A stretch of 63,712 nt of DNA, filler included, from Welwitschia mirabilis (lineage: Eukaryota): NCBI GenBank assembly GCA_051453625.1. It is 5 parts of one record of this genome, joined end to end, with 100 filler letters (N's around TTAATTAATTAA, not from the genome) between each part and the next. Parts side by side here need not be neighbours in the genome. Positions count along the whole stretch, not along the records: positions 33,801 to 53,195 come from JBOZIK010000001.1; 4 more parts are not named here. One strand, 5' to 3'. The notes below the pieces were generated by a model. That model made no database searches. It was not told where the DNA came from and saw only the letters and a program-made list of their open reading frames with translations. Positions 39,100-51,069 of the stretch are shown here, piece after piece (within the stretch, counting starts at the first letter, position 1; each line of letters begins with the position of its first letter). The translations under genes were made by a program, and so were the position numbers.

Positions 39100-39588
39100 C
39101 TGACAAACAGGTTGAAATACCTGACAAGCAAGATTCAGTGAACACATTTTGTGAAAATGAGTCTTTGCGAGTTTGACCAAGTTCAGGGTGAAATCTGGTT
39201 TGGTGAGTTTCATCTGAATAAACTTATTTCTTAAGCCAAACATGGAACTCAGAAGCGTCTTGCCAAACTTGTCATTAAGCACATGAAGCTGAACTGGCTT
39301 GACATGAAATTTTTTGTTATATTGTAACAGGGAACGGCCGTCATTTACTTGATTGGCAGTTCTGGTCCCTCGGTGCATCGATGTCATTATTCCTAAAGTT
39401 TGTAAAGCAATTGCATCAAATTACCTTGCTCTTAGAGTTGTAATTAAATCTACTTTAGGATTCACCGTAACCTTTTTTTTTTAAAAATAAATTTGCATCA
39501 CTTTCACATTTCATGCATTATCTGACATGAAGATTCTGTGACAAGATTTAAGTTACCCCTTTTCATGACACGTGTTTACTTTTAACAG

Positions 39589-40793
39589 TAAACACAAAAG
39601 TAGACATGCGGTTTAACGTGGCAGCTGCTGATTGGTTAAGTCCATGGGTGAAAGAAAGAATAATGCAAATGGTGTGTCAGTAAGATTTACGACTTTGAGA
39701 TGTCTCTTTCCATGGTATAGTCGCTGAGTAAGGACAATTTATGTGAATTTTTTCCATGAAGTAAGTATCTATGCAAATTTCCTGCAATGATCCATTTCTT
39801 GAAGTTTAGAATATTGTGGAGCAGGAGAAGAACCGTATCAACAGTGATGGAGAGCTTGTAATCTCTTCTACCAAGACAAGGACACAAAAGTAATTTTTTT
39901 CTATCCAGATGGCCATTGGCATATCTATTGTTGAAATAAATTATTTTGATATGGAATTTTTATAGCAAAGTGATTTGGCCTTTGTTATGATGGTATCTGT
40001 TAATTATCAGGGGAAATATTGAAGATGCGTTGGCGAAACTTCAGGTAAACGTGTTTTTTTCGCTTTGTCCTGCTTGTTGCATATCTTGAGTAATATACTC
40101 TTTTTGTATCAAGATCCTGTATTCTGAAATATCACAGAATTTTGAAATTAACACTTTGCATGTTTTTTCCAGTCAATTATTGATGCTGCTTCCTATGTAC
40201 CACCACCTCCATCAGAAGAGACTAAAAAGAAAATAAAGAAGCTGTAATGCTCTTTGCCTAGTTGTGTATATTCTATCCCTAATATTTGTTTTTTTATCTC
40301 CCTCCCTGAAGGAGTTGATCTAAAATGATAGCACTTCCTTGGCTGTCCTCTTTTTAATCACATGTTTAATTCTCAATAATCATTTTGAGGATTCCATATA
40401 TTCATCTGTATGATGGCTTAATGATTTCATTGTTCCTCTTATTAAAATGTCGAAACTGGCTTATTGTTCCAGTTACAGTTACAAAATTGCTTGAAAATAG
40501 ATTTGTCACCATCTGTTTCCATTCAATTTTAAACCGTAGCTGATTGCTTTACCAGTGTGTCCATTTCTACTAACTGATGTTCCAGTTCTATGCAGTTGGC
40601 ATCAGTCTCGTGTCTAATTTGTGTTATTGCAATTGGTTGATATTCAACATTTCCAGAACCATGCATCAATTTGACACTAGTATTATTTCCTTTGTGAAGG
40701 GCTGCTATAAATAATGAAAAGAGACTGCAGAAAAAGAAGGCCGTTTCTCAGAAAAAAGCTCTGAGGAGAGATAAAGGAAATTGGGATTTCTAA
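39589..40793 (+). CDS. ICT1: 3' five exons of a codon-independent class-I release factor / peptidyl-tRNA hydrolase (ICT1/ArfB/YaeJ family, probably organellar)
   Basis: Exons 39589-39671, 39825-39889, 40011-40044, 40173-40243 and 40700-40793, all AG/GT with consistent phase. Translation: (V)NTKVDMRFNVAAADWLSPWVKERIMQM-EKNRINSDGELVISSTKTRTQK-GNIEDALAKLQ-SIIDAASYVPPPPSEETKKKIKKL-AAINNEKRLQKKKAVSQKKALRRDKGNWDF*. The GGQ exon was not found. Confidence 0.93.
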
Positions 40794-41639
40794 ATCAGTA
40801 TGGAAATCCTCCAAGCATGGTTGTGGACAGGCCTTATTGCTTTCTTTTGGCTTGTATCTGATATGTATTTTAATAGTATCTTCAGCCTAATGAATATCAA
40901 TTATGACATGCTTTTATGAGAATGTATTGTAAATGATGCCAAAACTCATTTTATTCAGTTAATAACATGGTCCGTAGTGGGTCTTCTAGGCAAACATTTC
41001 ATGGGTCTGGGCCCCACAGTGTGCAAAATCCAACGGAGCATTTACAATGAATTTACCAGATAAACAGACATGATTGCTCCTCAAGATTTTGCAATCTTCA
41101 TCATAACAAATTCCTCTTTATTTAAGTAGTATTTATACCTTGATAATAAACCATTTTACAAAATGGCAGCTAACATCAGGTGTCTTGTCTTGCTATAGGA
41201 AGCTGTATTATCTTAAGATACATTTATCTTAATATCTTCGAATTCCAAGTCATGTCAAAACCATATTGCCTCGTTGCAAACTCTGTTGTTGAATAATCTG
41301 ATTCTAAAATCGATAGTTCCATTGGTTCTATAATTGATAATTTGACAATAGACTGCAGCTTCAAAACCCATCAATATTAATTCCTGCAAGCATGCAGACA
41401 TACCCTTTTGATGGAACTAAAATAATATAATCCGAAGTGTACTGTGCACCTAGATATCTTATAATTCCATGGTTTATTTTTACAATAACAAAAATACAAG
41501 TATCCATTCTTTTAAGTATTGAAGCACCCATTTAAGTGGTTATATTTTAATGTTGTAAAGCTTAGTCCTTTGGCTTTCCTTATTGTATTCTGTTAATTTG
41601 TCAATTACGTAAGAGGGACATTATTACTCAGAGAGGTAT

Positions 41640-42200
41640 TATTAAGGTTTTAAGCTATTGGTTTGCCTTACAAATTAATGGAGGGATTATAGCAAATAGA
41701 ATGAAAGTGGGTTGGACAATCTGGAGACAAGCTAGGGCTCTTCTATGTGACAGGAGAGTTCCAATAAAATTGAAGGGTAGTTTTCCAACATAATAGTTAG
41801 ACCTGTAATTCTGAAGTGTGTTCACTTCTAAAGAAGCAACAAAAAATACATTAGTGTGGTAGAGATGAGGATGTTAAGATGGAATAGATGGATGACTGGT
41901 TTTATAAAATAAAATAGAATTAGGAATTCTCATTTTTATAGGAGCCTTTGGATAGTGCCATTAAATGATAACATAGAGCTGCTAAAGATGGTTTTGGCTT
42001 GTTATTTTATGCCAGGAAGTGCATCTATCAATCTCATAAGTTGCATCTATAGAAAGAAATTGTTTGGTTGAAGCTGAGAAGGACAAGAACAAGAAAGACT
42101 TTCGTTTGCGAGATCTTGAAATTAATTTAACTCTTGATTTTGTCTGGGGGGGCATAAAGAAACTAATAAAGCCGAATCATGTAAAATGGGCATTAAAAAT
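41640..42200 (+). mobile_element. 5'-truncated decayed RTE-clade LINE fragment
   Basis: ISVVEMRMLRW..NRIRN (~41850-41930) and LRWFW (~41980), preceded by a P.KLKG.F..IVRP-like motif at ~41760-41805. Confidence 0.75.
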
Positions 42201-42982
42201 CGTAAATTTAAAGCGTGGTATATAACCTTTAAGATTGGTTATTTCATATGACGGATTACACTAAGGTCTAATTAAGGTCTGCCATCCCTACCCAATGCAG
42301 TCGCTAACAAGCGAATCGATGTGATGAATCACGGTAAGGCCTAAAGCACTCCACGGCATGCTATTTGTCAGGCCTGCTATCGATGACAGACAACACAGAT
42401 GACATCTATCTTAATTAAAAAATAAATTCGATAACGCTTTGAATTGTTAAAATCGCGTGAGCCACCTGTTGCGTTTTGTCTTATGATTTTCTACGCTTCT
42501 TTCAGCTTTCTTTTTGTGGTGTAAATCGCAGTGGTTATATAGAACGCTTCTAGAAATCAGACACGCTTGGCACAGTCAGCATCTGTGGAGGTGGTGGGAG
42601 TGAAAGGAGCAAATAAAGAAGCGTTCCGAAGAAATGCAGAGTCGCTTGCTTGAAATCGCTGCAGCTGTGCTAGAGCTCTCTTATGCCTCCCTTGGATGCA
42701 GGCTACCTCGTTAACAGCCCTTTGAAATAACGGCGCTTTTCCACAGCCCCAAAATCCAACTGTGAACCAGTGCCTCAGGGATAGCTTCCTACTAACCTTC
42801 TGTGCTCTATTTTAGTGCTTTGGAACGCAGCAAATTGGGAGGCACTACCCTATTTTCTTTTTGCTTTCTCTCATCCAATCTTATAAACAACAGTTGCTCC
42901 CAATACATAAAAGAAAGCTGAAAGAAGCACAAAGAAAGCTGAAAGTTTGTCAGAAGTTATAGGTACGTTAGAGTAAGAGAAT

Positions 42983-43185
42983 AGTTTAGAAACAGAAACG
43001 TCATACTGAGTACTCTGTTGTTCATTTCTGTTATTTGCTGTAACTTCTAGTTGAGTTTAGAAACAGAAAACCTCATACTGAGTACTCATTATACATGTCT
43101 GTTACTTCCTATAACTTCTAGTTAAGTTTAGAAACAGAAACCCTATCCTGAGTACTCTATTATACATTTCTGTTATTTCCTATAC
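42983..43185. repeat. ~71-bp tandem repeat, about 3 copies
   Basis: agtttagaaacagaaa..tgagtactc starts at 42983, 43054 and 43125. Confidence 0.9.
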
Positions 43186-45671
43186 TTTTCATTTCCTGTA
43201 ATGTGTTCATTCTCCACATTTATCCAGGTTGGTATTCTTACAAGGGGTAATGTTATCGGTGCGGCATTTCAAATGAAGTGCAATGCAAAGCAAGATGATA
43301 AGAGACTTTAGGCACCAGTTTGTTTTATTGTAGTTATTTCATGCAAAATATTATCCAAAGTATTTCATGAATAGATGCAGACAAAATAAAAATATTAGTA
43401 GGTAAGTTTCAGATGTATATATGATACTTTCATGGCATCAGTCTACATGAAGAGAGAGACAAATACACGAATGTTCAGTAAAATGTCCCATTCGTTAGTT
43501 GTTTGATATTTTTGTGTGTAATGTTGAAGCTATGCTTCCAATGAGTTATTATTTATTCTTTTGTAACAATGATATTGTATGCTATGGTTTATGGTGTTAG
43601 TGTTTTTTGACTTGTATCTGCTGCTGAGCCAAGGTTAGGAGTTTAAACCTAACCATCTGTTAGACAGCTTTATACCATTGGTATCCTAAACATTGTTCTC
43701 CTTTCACATAGCATGTTCTTTTGTCTTCACTTAATTACCAGACTCACAATAAATTTGCTGAGCATTATGACTTGGTGTCATGAATATGTATTTAAGAAAA
43801 CTGAACTCTTTTAGACCAGGATCATCACACAATGGCAGCATACACATAGTGACAATGATGGTAACAACACTACTTGAGGTGGAGGCTTCTTGTTTTATTC
43901 ATAAATTAAAGTTTCCTTGTTTCTTCAGATTCAACATCTGCAAACAGGTTTTTAAGATCCTTGTTAAGACTCAGAGGCTAATTAAGAATATTTTGAAGAA
44001 CAGAGAGAGATCCATAAGGTCACTGGAGATGGAGACGACAGGCTCAAATGCTTTTCCTATGTTCATCATATTACAAAGAGTGTGGTAGATTCTAACCCTC
44101 AAGCAAAATTCTTATTCCCCATGATGCCTAAAAATTCTATTTCTTAGCTTCTTGGCCGGGTTCATCTGTTTCTGGGTTACCACAACTATGGATGTACTTG
44201 ATTCTGGACCTAGTGATGAGATCGGATGTTTGATATACAAATTAAATCCAAGATTTAGCATTGCTGGTAAAACCCTGGCATTTGTATTTGTAAAATTTTC
44301 TTTCTTAACATGAAAATAAAAAGTACTTTTTATTTAAATCTGTGATCCAATATGTGAAAAGGGGAACCAATTAAGGGCAGTGAATAGTGAATAAACTCAG
44401 ATGTTTAATCTCTAATCTTGAACCTCTATAACCTAATATGAGCTAAAGCTTAGAGTAATCTCAGAAAAGGAATAGCAAAATAAGAAAATAACAAAAGGAA
44501 AGAAGATAATCAACATAAAAGACACCAGAAGCTACACTAGCTTGGCACTTGGCTGTATTCCACTCTCAAATGGAAATCAAGTTTTCCTTCTTTTCCTTGG
44601 CCAAAATGAGAAAATCATACATCGGTTTTAGGAAGGGCTCAATAAGCCTCCCACAAAGGAGCCTTTCCTGGGTAGAGTTCAACCAAAAATCAAGAGAGAG
44701 GACTGCCTGCAGAAGATGTGTCTTAGAACACTGGAATGCAGAGTTTGAGTACAATGATCTCTTTCTTCAAGCGACATACAGTTTTAGACTTTAGTTTAGA
44801 AGAGATTGCAGATAAAAGAACTTTCATAATGTAGACTTTCTATAAATTTCTGAGTGCAGATAAAGAGAGGGATAAGAAATCTAAAAATCTGCAAATACAT
44901 AGAGGTATCTGGAGCTCCTTTCGACTGTTAAACTGGTAAATGGGATCAACAAATGTCCAGTGCATGATCACACCACCTAATGGACAAGAAGCTGATTTTG
45001 CGTTGTCACTGAAAGATAAGCTGAATAAAGGGCAACCTCCTTGTGAGATCTACAAAAGATTTCTCAAATAATCGTTTGTCTTTCAAGTCACTCTGGGTAC
45101 CAAGTAGGGTGGTCAATACCGAGAAAGGTGGTCTACTGCTACTGAACTGAAATCCAAAACACACGAGCATAGAAAATGGGTCACTCGCTAGTTACAAATA
45201 TGATTGCGGTAAGAAACGAGGATGTTAGCATCATTGAAATTTAAAGCTTATGTCAGCACTATACTGTGCGGATATGACACAGAAGATACTTTTACGTATA
45301 AGGAAGAAGTGTTGTTCTTGACATGGGTAAAACAAAGCAAACAGGACATAGGTTAATGCTTCTCAGTTTGCTGGTTTCCAGACCAGTAAAGAGAACACAA
45401 ATGGTTATTAAGAAGTTAAGACACTAATTGACAATTGGGGTTTTGGTGTTGTAGAAAAGAACCTCTTTTATGTTTAAAGTGGTTTCGTTAGGTCTTAAGT
45501 GATTTTGCAATAACGATGGTTGGATTGGTTGTATTTAAGTGGCTAGTGACAAGGTTGCCTAACACTAAGACAAACATTGGCGAGAGTTGTTGAATGAATC
45601 CAGCCATGACCCCTACAAGATACATAACATTTGATATGGGTGCCTTTCTATTCCTCCCTTTCATTTCCACC

Positions 45672-45813
45672 ATATTCGTAAGGGATAGTAACAATGTGAA
45701 TTATGTCCCTCCTCCTTGTCACATGATATATAAACTTTGCATATATTCGTAAGGGATAGTTACAATGTGAATTATGTCCCTCCTCCTTGTCACATGGCAT
45801 ATAAACTTTGCAT
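45672..45813. repeat. 71-bp tandem duplication
   Basis: atattcgtaagggatagt..tataaactttgcat at 45672 and 45743, nearly identical. Confidence 0.92.
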
Positions 45814-46089
45814 CTGACTGTATCCTAACCTTCATAATGGAGAAAGAGATGAAAGAAGTGAAAGAAATAATAGACTAACATAGCCCACACTTTTTACGAT
45901 TTTAACAGTCCAAAAAATTATTTTATTTATTTATTTATTTTTAATATGATGGAAGTCATTAAAGATATGCCATCTTTATCTGTTTAAGGCACGCCAAAGC
46001 ATCTAAAGGTGACAAATTGCTTTGCTTATTAGGAACATATAGTGGTTGATCCTATTGCAATCCACCACGTTAAATGATAGATTCCAAGG

Positions 46090-49000
46090 GTGATGGTTTG
46101 AATTTGACAAACGTTGTCATTAGATCCATGATGGTGCTAGCATTTCAGAGCATGGTGCTTCTCGCATAAGCTAAAGTGAAGATCAACCACCAAACAATAA
46201 ATTCAAATCAAGAGAGACTAATGAGAGCCAACTAAATGTCAAAAAACAAGGAGAGCTGAAACAAGGATCAACTTGATTAATCTTGAGGATTCAATAATCT
46301 CGCTTTGACTAGATTCAATTAATCCCAACATATTAGGAAAGTCAAATAAAGGTAAAACCCTAAACCCAAAATTATAAAAGCACAACCTGTCTTCAGGGTT
46401 AGGAATTTATCCATCATTAGTTCATCACCCTTTTGTTAAAGAATCTTTGATTTGGATATGTATTTCTTGCCCTTTCTCTTTGTTTTCCCATTAGGGCTTG
46501 TATTACTATGATAAGGGTTGTTTTCATCACGAGGTTTCACCCTATTTTCTTCTTTCCTAAGCATACAAGAATGGTTATTGTATGACGCAATTTCCTTCGC
46601 AAATGTGAGATTGTATTTTTCACTCGATTATTGTTTATCGTAAGTATTTACATTGCTAGTTAATGGAATTTGATCTGTGATTGGATCTGCTTTTCTTTTT
46701 CATCAATGATGCAATTGAGATTACTTGTCACAATAGTCCATTTTGAATTTTTATTTTGTTGTTACTTATTTGTGTTTGGTTACTTTAATGTTTTGTTAAG
46801 GTTTTAGCAGCGCAAATGATTAATGTGTTAGATCTATGACATTTTTTATGCTTTCTATTTTCCATGTTGCATTGTAAATGACCCATCTCAGAACATAAGG
46901 GATATTGCTTCGGTATTGCAAGATGTTTTATTTGCATTCACAACATTCAAGATCTAGGGCACATAGTCTATTGCCTATATATAAAAATTTTGTTTGTAAT
47001 GATTTATGATTTTGGGTGAAAGAAATAATGATTATTCTTGTAGTTTCCTATATTTAGGCTTGCTTTATTGCTTGTCTTATGAAATGACCATTTCCAATGA
47101 TTAGGAGGAAATTTTTAACCTATTGTTTTCATATCTCTTTTTAAATGCATCTCACTCTCTTTTTGATTATTTGATTTGGCTTAAATGAATGATTATTAGC
47201 TTTCAAATTCACTTGTGATCCTCATTAAAGGATGATAATCATGGTTGCCTTTACCATAATTGATAGGCCTACTTCTTATTTTAATTTGTTACCCTCTTCA
47301 TTGGTGGATAGTGGGGGGATAATTTTTAAGCTCTTATCGAAAATCATTTATTTAAGGAGTAGTAGGTTTTTGATGCCGTTGCTAGGAATTTCAACTGCTA
47401 TCACTTGGTTTGTTGAAAAATACTTTTTTTTAAAGAAATTTTCATTTTTTTAACTTGTTATCATCAAAATTCAGAAAAATATTGTTTTGCATAGACAATG
47501 AGAAGCTTTTGGGTCTACAGAGAATTCACTTTAAATTTCTTATCTATCTAGGTTTACATTTTGTTGTTTTCATTATCATTTGCAAGGAGGTAAGAATTTA
47601 AATATTTTTTTATTTTTTTATTGTGTCTCTCTCTATGCTATTCATTCACTATTGTTAGATCAATTTGTGATATTATTATGCATACTTTTATTTTCTGCAA
47701 TTTATTTCATCAACTGCTCTATTCTCATCATTATATTTTTCACATTTGTTATTATCAACTTTTTTTCATTATGTATGATTCTCAAATTAGTCAATGTTGT
47801 TGTCCTACGTACCATTGTTGCCTCTGCTCAAAATCTTGTATTGTATCTTTTGTTATTTCTTGCCCTTTTATATGTGTAGTTTGTCATGAGAAACCTTATT
47901 GTTGATCTTGACTTCTGGTGCATTATTGCATTAGGAACTCTAACGACCAACTTTATAAAGTCTTTGACAAAGAGTAACTTATCATTAAAACTTTCCTTAA
48001 CAAAATTGATAAGCATTACAATGAGCCTCCTTTTTAGACTAGGGAGATCTTAACACCTTAATTTTGAAATCACAATTACCATGAGATCCCTTGAATTCAT
48101 ATAACCATGTTAGATGAAGATAGTGTCCATTCCACTTCTCCTAAGAAAAATTGAAAGCCCTATGGCAACTAGAATGATTAGCAACTTCTTATATGGTTTT
48201 ACCTCCTTTTATAAACCTTATTGAAATTAAACATGCCATCATAAATCTCTTGTTAAAGTTTCACGACCTTGACTTAGAAGACTCTTATAAGAATCTTCAT
48301 GAGTTGAAGTTATCAATGTTGACCATTTCACTAGTTGGTAGCAAATATTATGTAATTAGGATGAAACCTCTCCATTTTTCTTCAAGGAAGAAGTAAAAAC
48401 TTGGCTACATTCCTGAAAATATTTATCGATGGAGTTATAAAGAGACCTCAATTATGATTTTTTAGAGAAATACTTCCAACATACAAACCAGGGAGTTGAG
48501 ACATAAAATTCTAGATTTCATACAACTAGTGACAATGAACATTTCTGCAAAGCGTTTAAAGATCTTAAGGATTTGTTGATGAAATGCTTTCAACATGGCT
48601 TTCAAGCATAAAGGACTAGGGTCTTTTTCTATAGGACTTTAACAATACAAAGTAGGTAATTGATCGAAACAAGAAGTGAAGAAGCTTTTACATCTAAATA
48701 GCTTGAAGAATCTGGATACATAACAAGCGGGTAAGAGTTCTAAAACCTAGAAGAGGCCATGAAAAGCTAAAAGGATATTTAAGCAACCCCAATCTTCCAA
48801 CAGAGCTATAGGTAAGAGGAATTCACAAACTTGATGATGAATCTAATGTGAGTAGAAACTTGACACCTTAGCCAAATGCCTAGAACAACTTAGAACATCT
48901 AAACAGTGTACATCAAATGGCGTTTTTATTTGTGCCATCTATACCTTTAATGGACATCAAACAAGTGAATGTCTTTTCATTCCTATCTACTAAGAAGCAG

Positions 49001-51065
49001 TACTGAACAAGTGTATAGTTTATAAGGTAAGAGATCATTTTCTAGTCAACAACAATCTTCTTTTCCCTTTTGAGATACAAACAACTTGAAGTGGAGAACT
49101 CATCCTAGTTTTTCTTGGAAAACTCATTAAAATAAATCATCTACTTTATATAATCCTAGCTAATCTCATATTAAGAAAGAAGAAGATGTTACGGAATAAT
49201 TCATAGAAATCCAAATTTAACAAACTATAGATAAAGTAAGATTAACAATCAAATGACATTAACTCTTTAATATTTAGAATAAGGAATGAAACAACTCACT
49301 CAAACTACCTCCCACATGTTGTCTTTCATTCTCCAAAGAGAGAAAGATAAGCCTCCAACTCAACCTATACCTAACTCTAGAAGAGTCAACATAGTTGAAG
49401 GTGGTGATGATGTCAGAGGTATAAATGCTATTTCCCTTATAAGTGATATATAAATTAGTAAAAATGTCTAACCACCTAGAGAAGAACCTTGTACATCTAG
49501 CCCTTGAAACTAAACCTATATCAAAGCTTCAAAATAACAATGAATTTGATGTAAAAAGGCATGATGTGAAGAAATTATGGAAGACTTCTTTGCTAAACAT
49601 TTATCACCTATGGATAAGAATCAACTTGAAGACATGTACATCAAGACCTTTAAGAAAGTGAAGATCAACATTTTATTCTTAGATGCCATTAAAAGAGTAC
49701 ATTCTTATGTCAAATTCATTAAAGTCATGTGTTTGGTGAAAAAAATGAATGTAAAATAGAATGCCTTCCTAGCCCAACAAGTTAATGCTATCGTACAAAA
49801 TAGGCTTTCACCTATGTTTATATATCCTCATCCTCAACTATATCTTTGTATCACTAAAAAAAACAAGTAGATAGATCCTTGTTAGATTTGAAAGCTAGTT
49901 TGAACCTAATGCTGTATTTACTTTGTAAGGAATTTGAGTTGGAAGCTAGTAAAGAACTTGAATGTAGACTTAACCATAATGTAGACTTAACCATCAAATC
50001 AAAATATAATGATGAAGGAAGTTCTTAAGTTGCTAAATGCTATTATAATTTATTTGATCTTAGATAGTCTATTGATTAGTGCTCTCAAAATTATGCTTGA
50101 AAGATCTTGAATCATTATAATCAAGAGTGAAAATGATGAAGTTATCCTCACAAGAATAAAAATAGGACGTAGAATGTGCATTGATGATTAGAAAAATTCA
50201 GTTCCATAACCCATGAAGACTACTTTCCCTTACCATTGACTAATCAAATCTTAGAAAGGTTAGTCATTGATGACTGTTACTACTTTTTAGATGGTGTTCA
50301 GGCTACAACCAAATAGAAACTACCTTTGAAGACTAAGAAAAGACTACCATTACATGTCCTTTGGGTATATTTGCTTATAAGCATATTCCCTTTGGTTTAG
50401 GTAATGCTGTAGCTACTTCTTAATGTTGCATGACAAGCATTTTTATTGATATGAGGAATTTATAAAAGTCTTAATAAATGATTAAAATATTGCCTTATTC
50501 ATGTTAATCTTGTCCTTGCACATTGTGAAGGAGAAACCCTATCCTTAATTAGAAAAAAAAAAAAGTCCTTTTAAGGCTATTAAGGGTAGTGTTAGGCCAT
50601 GTCACATCTAGAAATGGGGTATAAATTGACTAAAATTTAACTTATTACTCATCTTCTCATTCCAAAACATGTTAAAAATATGAAATCTTTTCTTGAAACA
50701 TGTTAGTTATTATTGTAGATTCTCACATGACATTTCAAAAATTTGAGTCTTTATTCAATCTTCTAGTTAAGTATGCATCTTTTAAGTGGGCTTCTAAATG
50801 TCAATCTTCCTTTGAAACTTTGAAATATATTCTTACAAATTCTTTTATTTTGCAGCCTTCTAATTGGTTATTCCCTTTTAAACTTCTATATGATGCTATA
50901 GTGATTATGCTGTAGGAGTATCCTTATAAACAATGATGGGAAACATTATCTTATTTATTATGCAAGCAACATCTTACAAGATCCTTAACTAAATTATACA
51001 ACCATTAAAGACAAGGTTTTAGCCATGGTTTTTATTTTGAAAATTTTAGACCTTATTGCATGGTG
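46090..51065 (+). mobile_element. Decayed Ty3/Gypsy Athila-like element (LTR, PBS, gag, PR, RT, RNase H start)
   Basis: PBS-like ttttgatgccgttgctagga at ~47367. EIKHAIINLLLKFH..EDSYKNL, KINILFLDAIKRV.SYVKF, LLDL.ASLNLM, RMCID..DYFPLP..QILERL..FLDG..EKTTITCP.G.FAY..PFGL.NA, IYYAS. The LTR start is uncertain. Confidence 0.85.
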
Positions 51066-51069
51066 CTAC

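Noticed and set aside
42321..42327. C-box-like GTGATGA suggesting a C/D snoRNA
   Set aside because: No downstream CTGA D box with a terminal stem at a suitable distance.
42770..42790. cctcagggatagc resembles miR390
   Set aside because: Only a partial match, with no precursor fold or TAS3-like arrangement visible.
42983..43185. CRISPR-like periodicity
   Set aside because: The whole unit repeats with no unique spacers, and the context is eukaryotic.
45028..45048. aagggcaacctccttgtgaga resembles a miR399 target or IPS1 mimic site
   Set aside because: It lacks the tttggca end that pairs with the miRNA 5' seed, and I see no hairpin.
47580..47905. Hydrophobic ORFs resembling membrane proteins
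   Set aside because: T-rich leader of the Athila-like element, with non-ATG starts.
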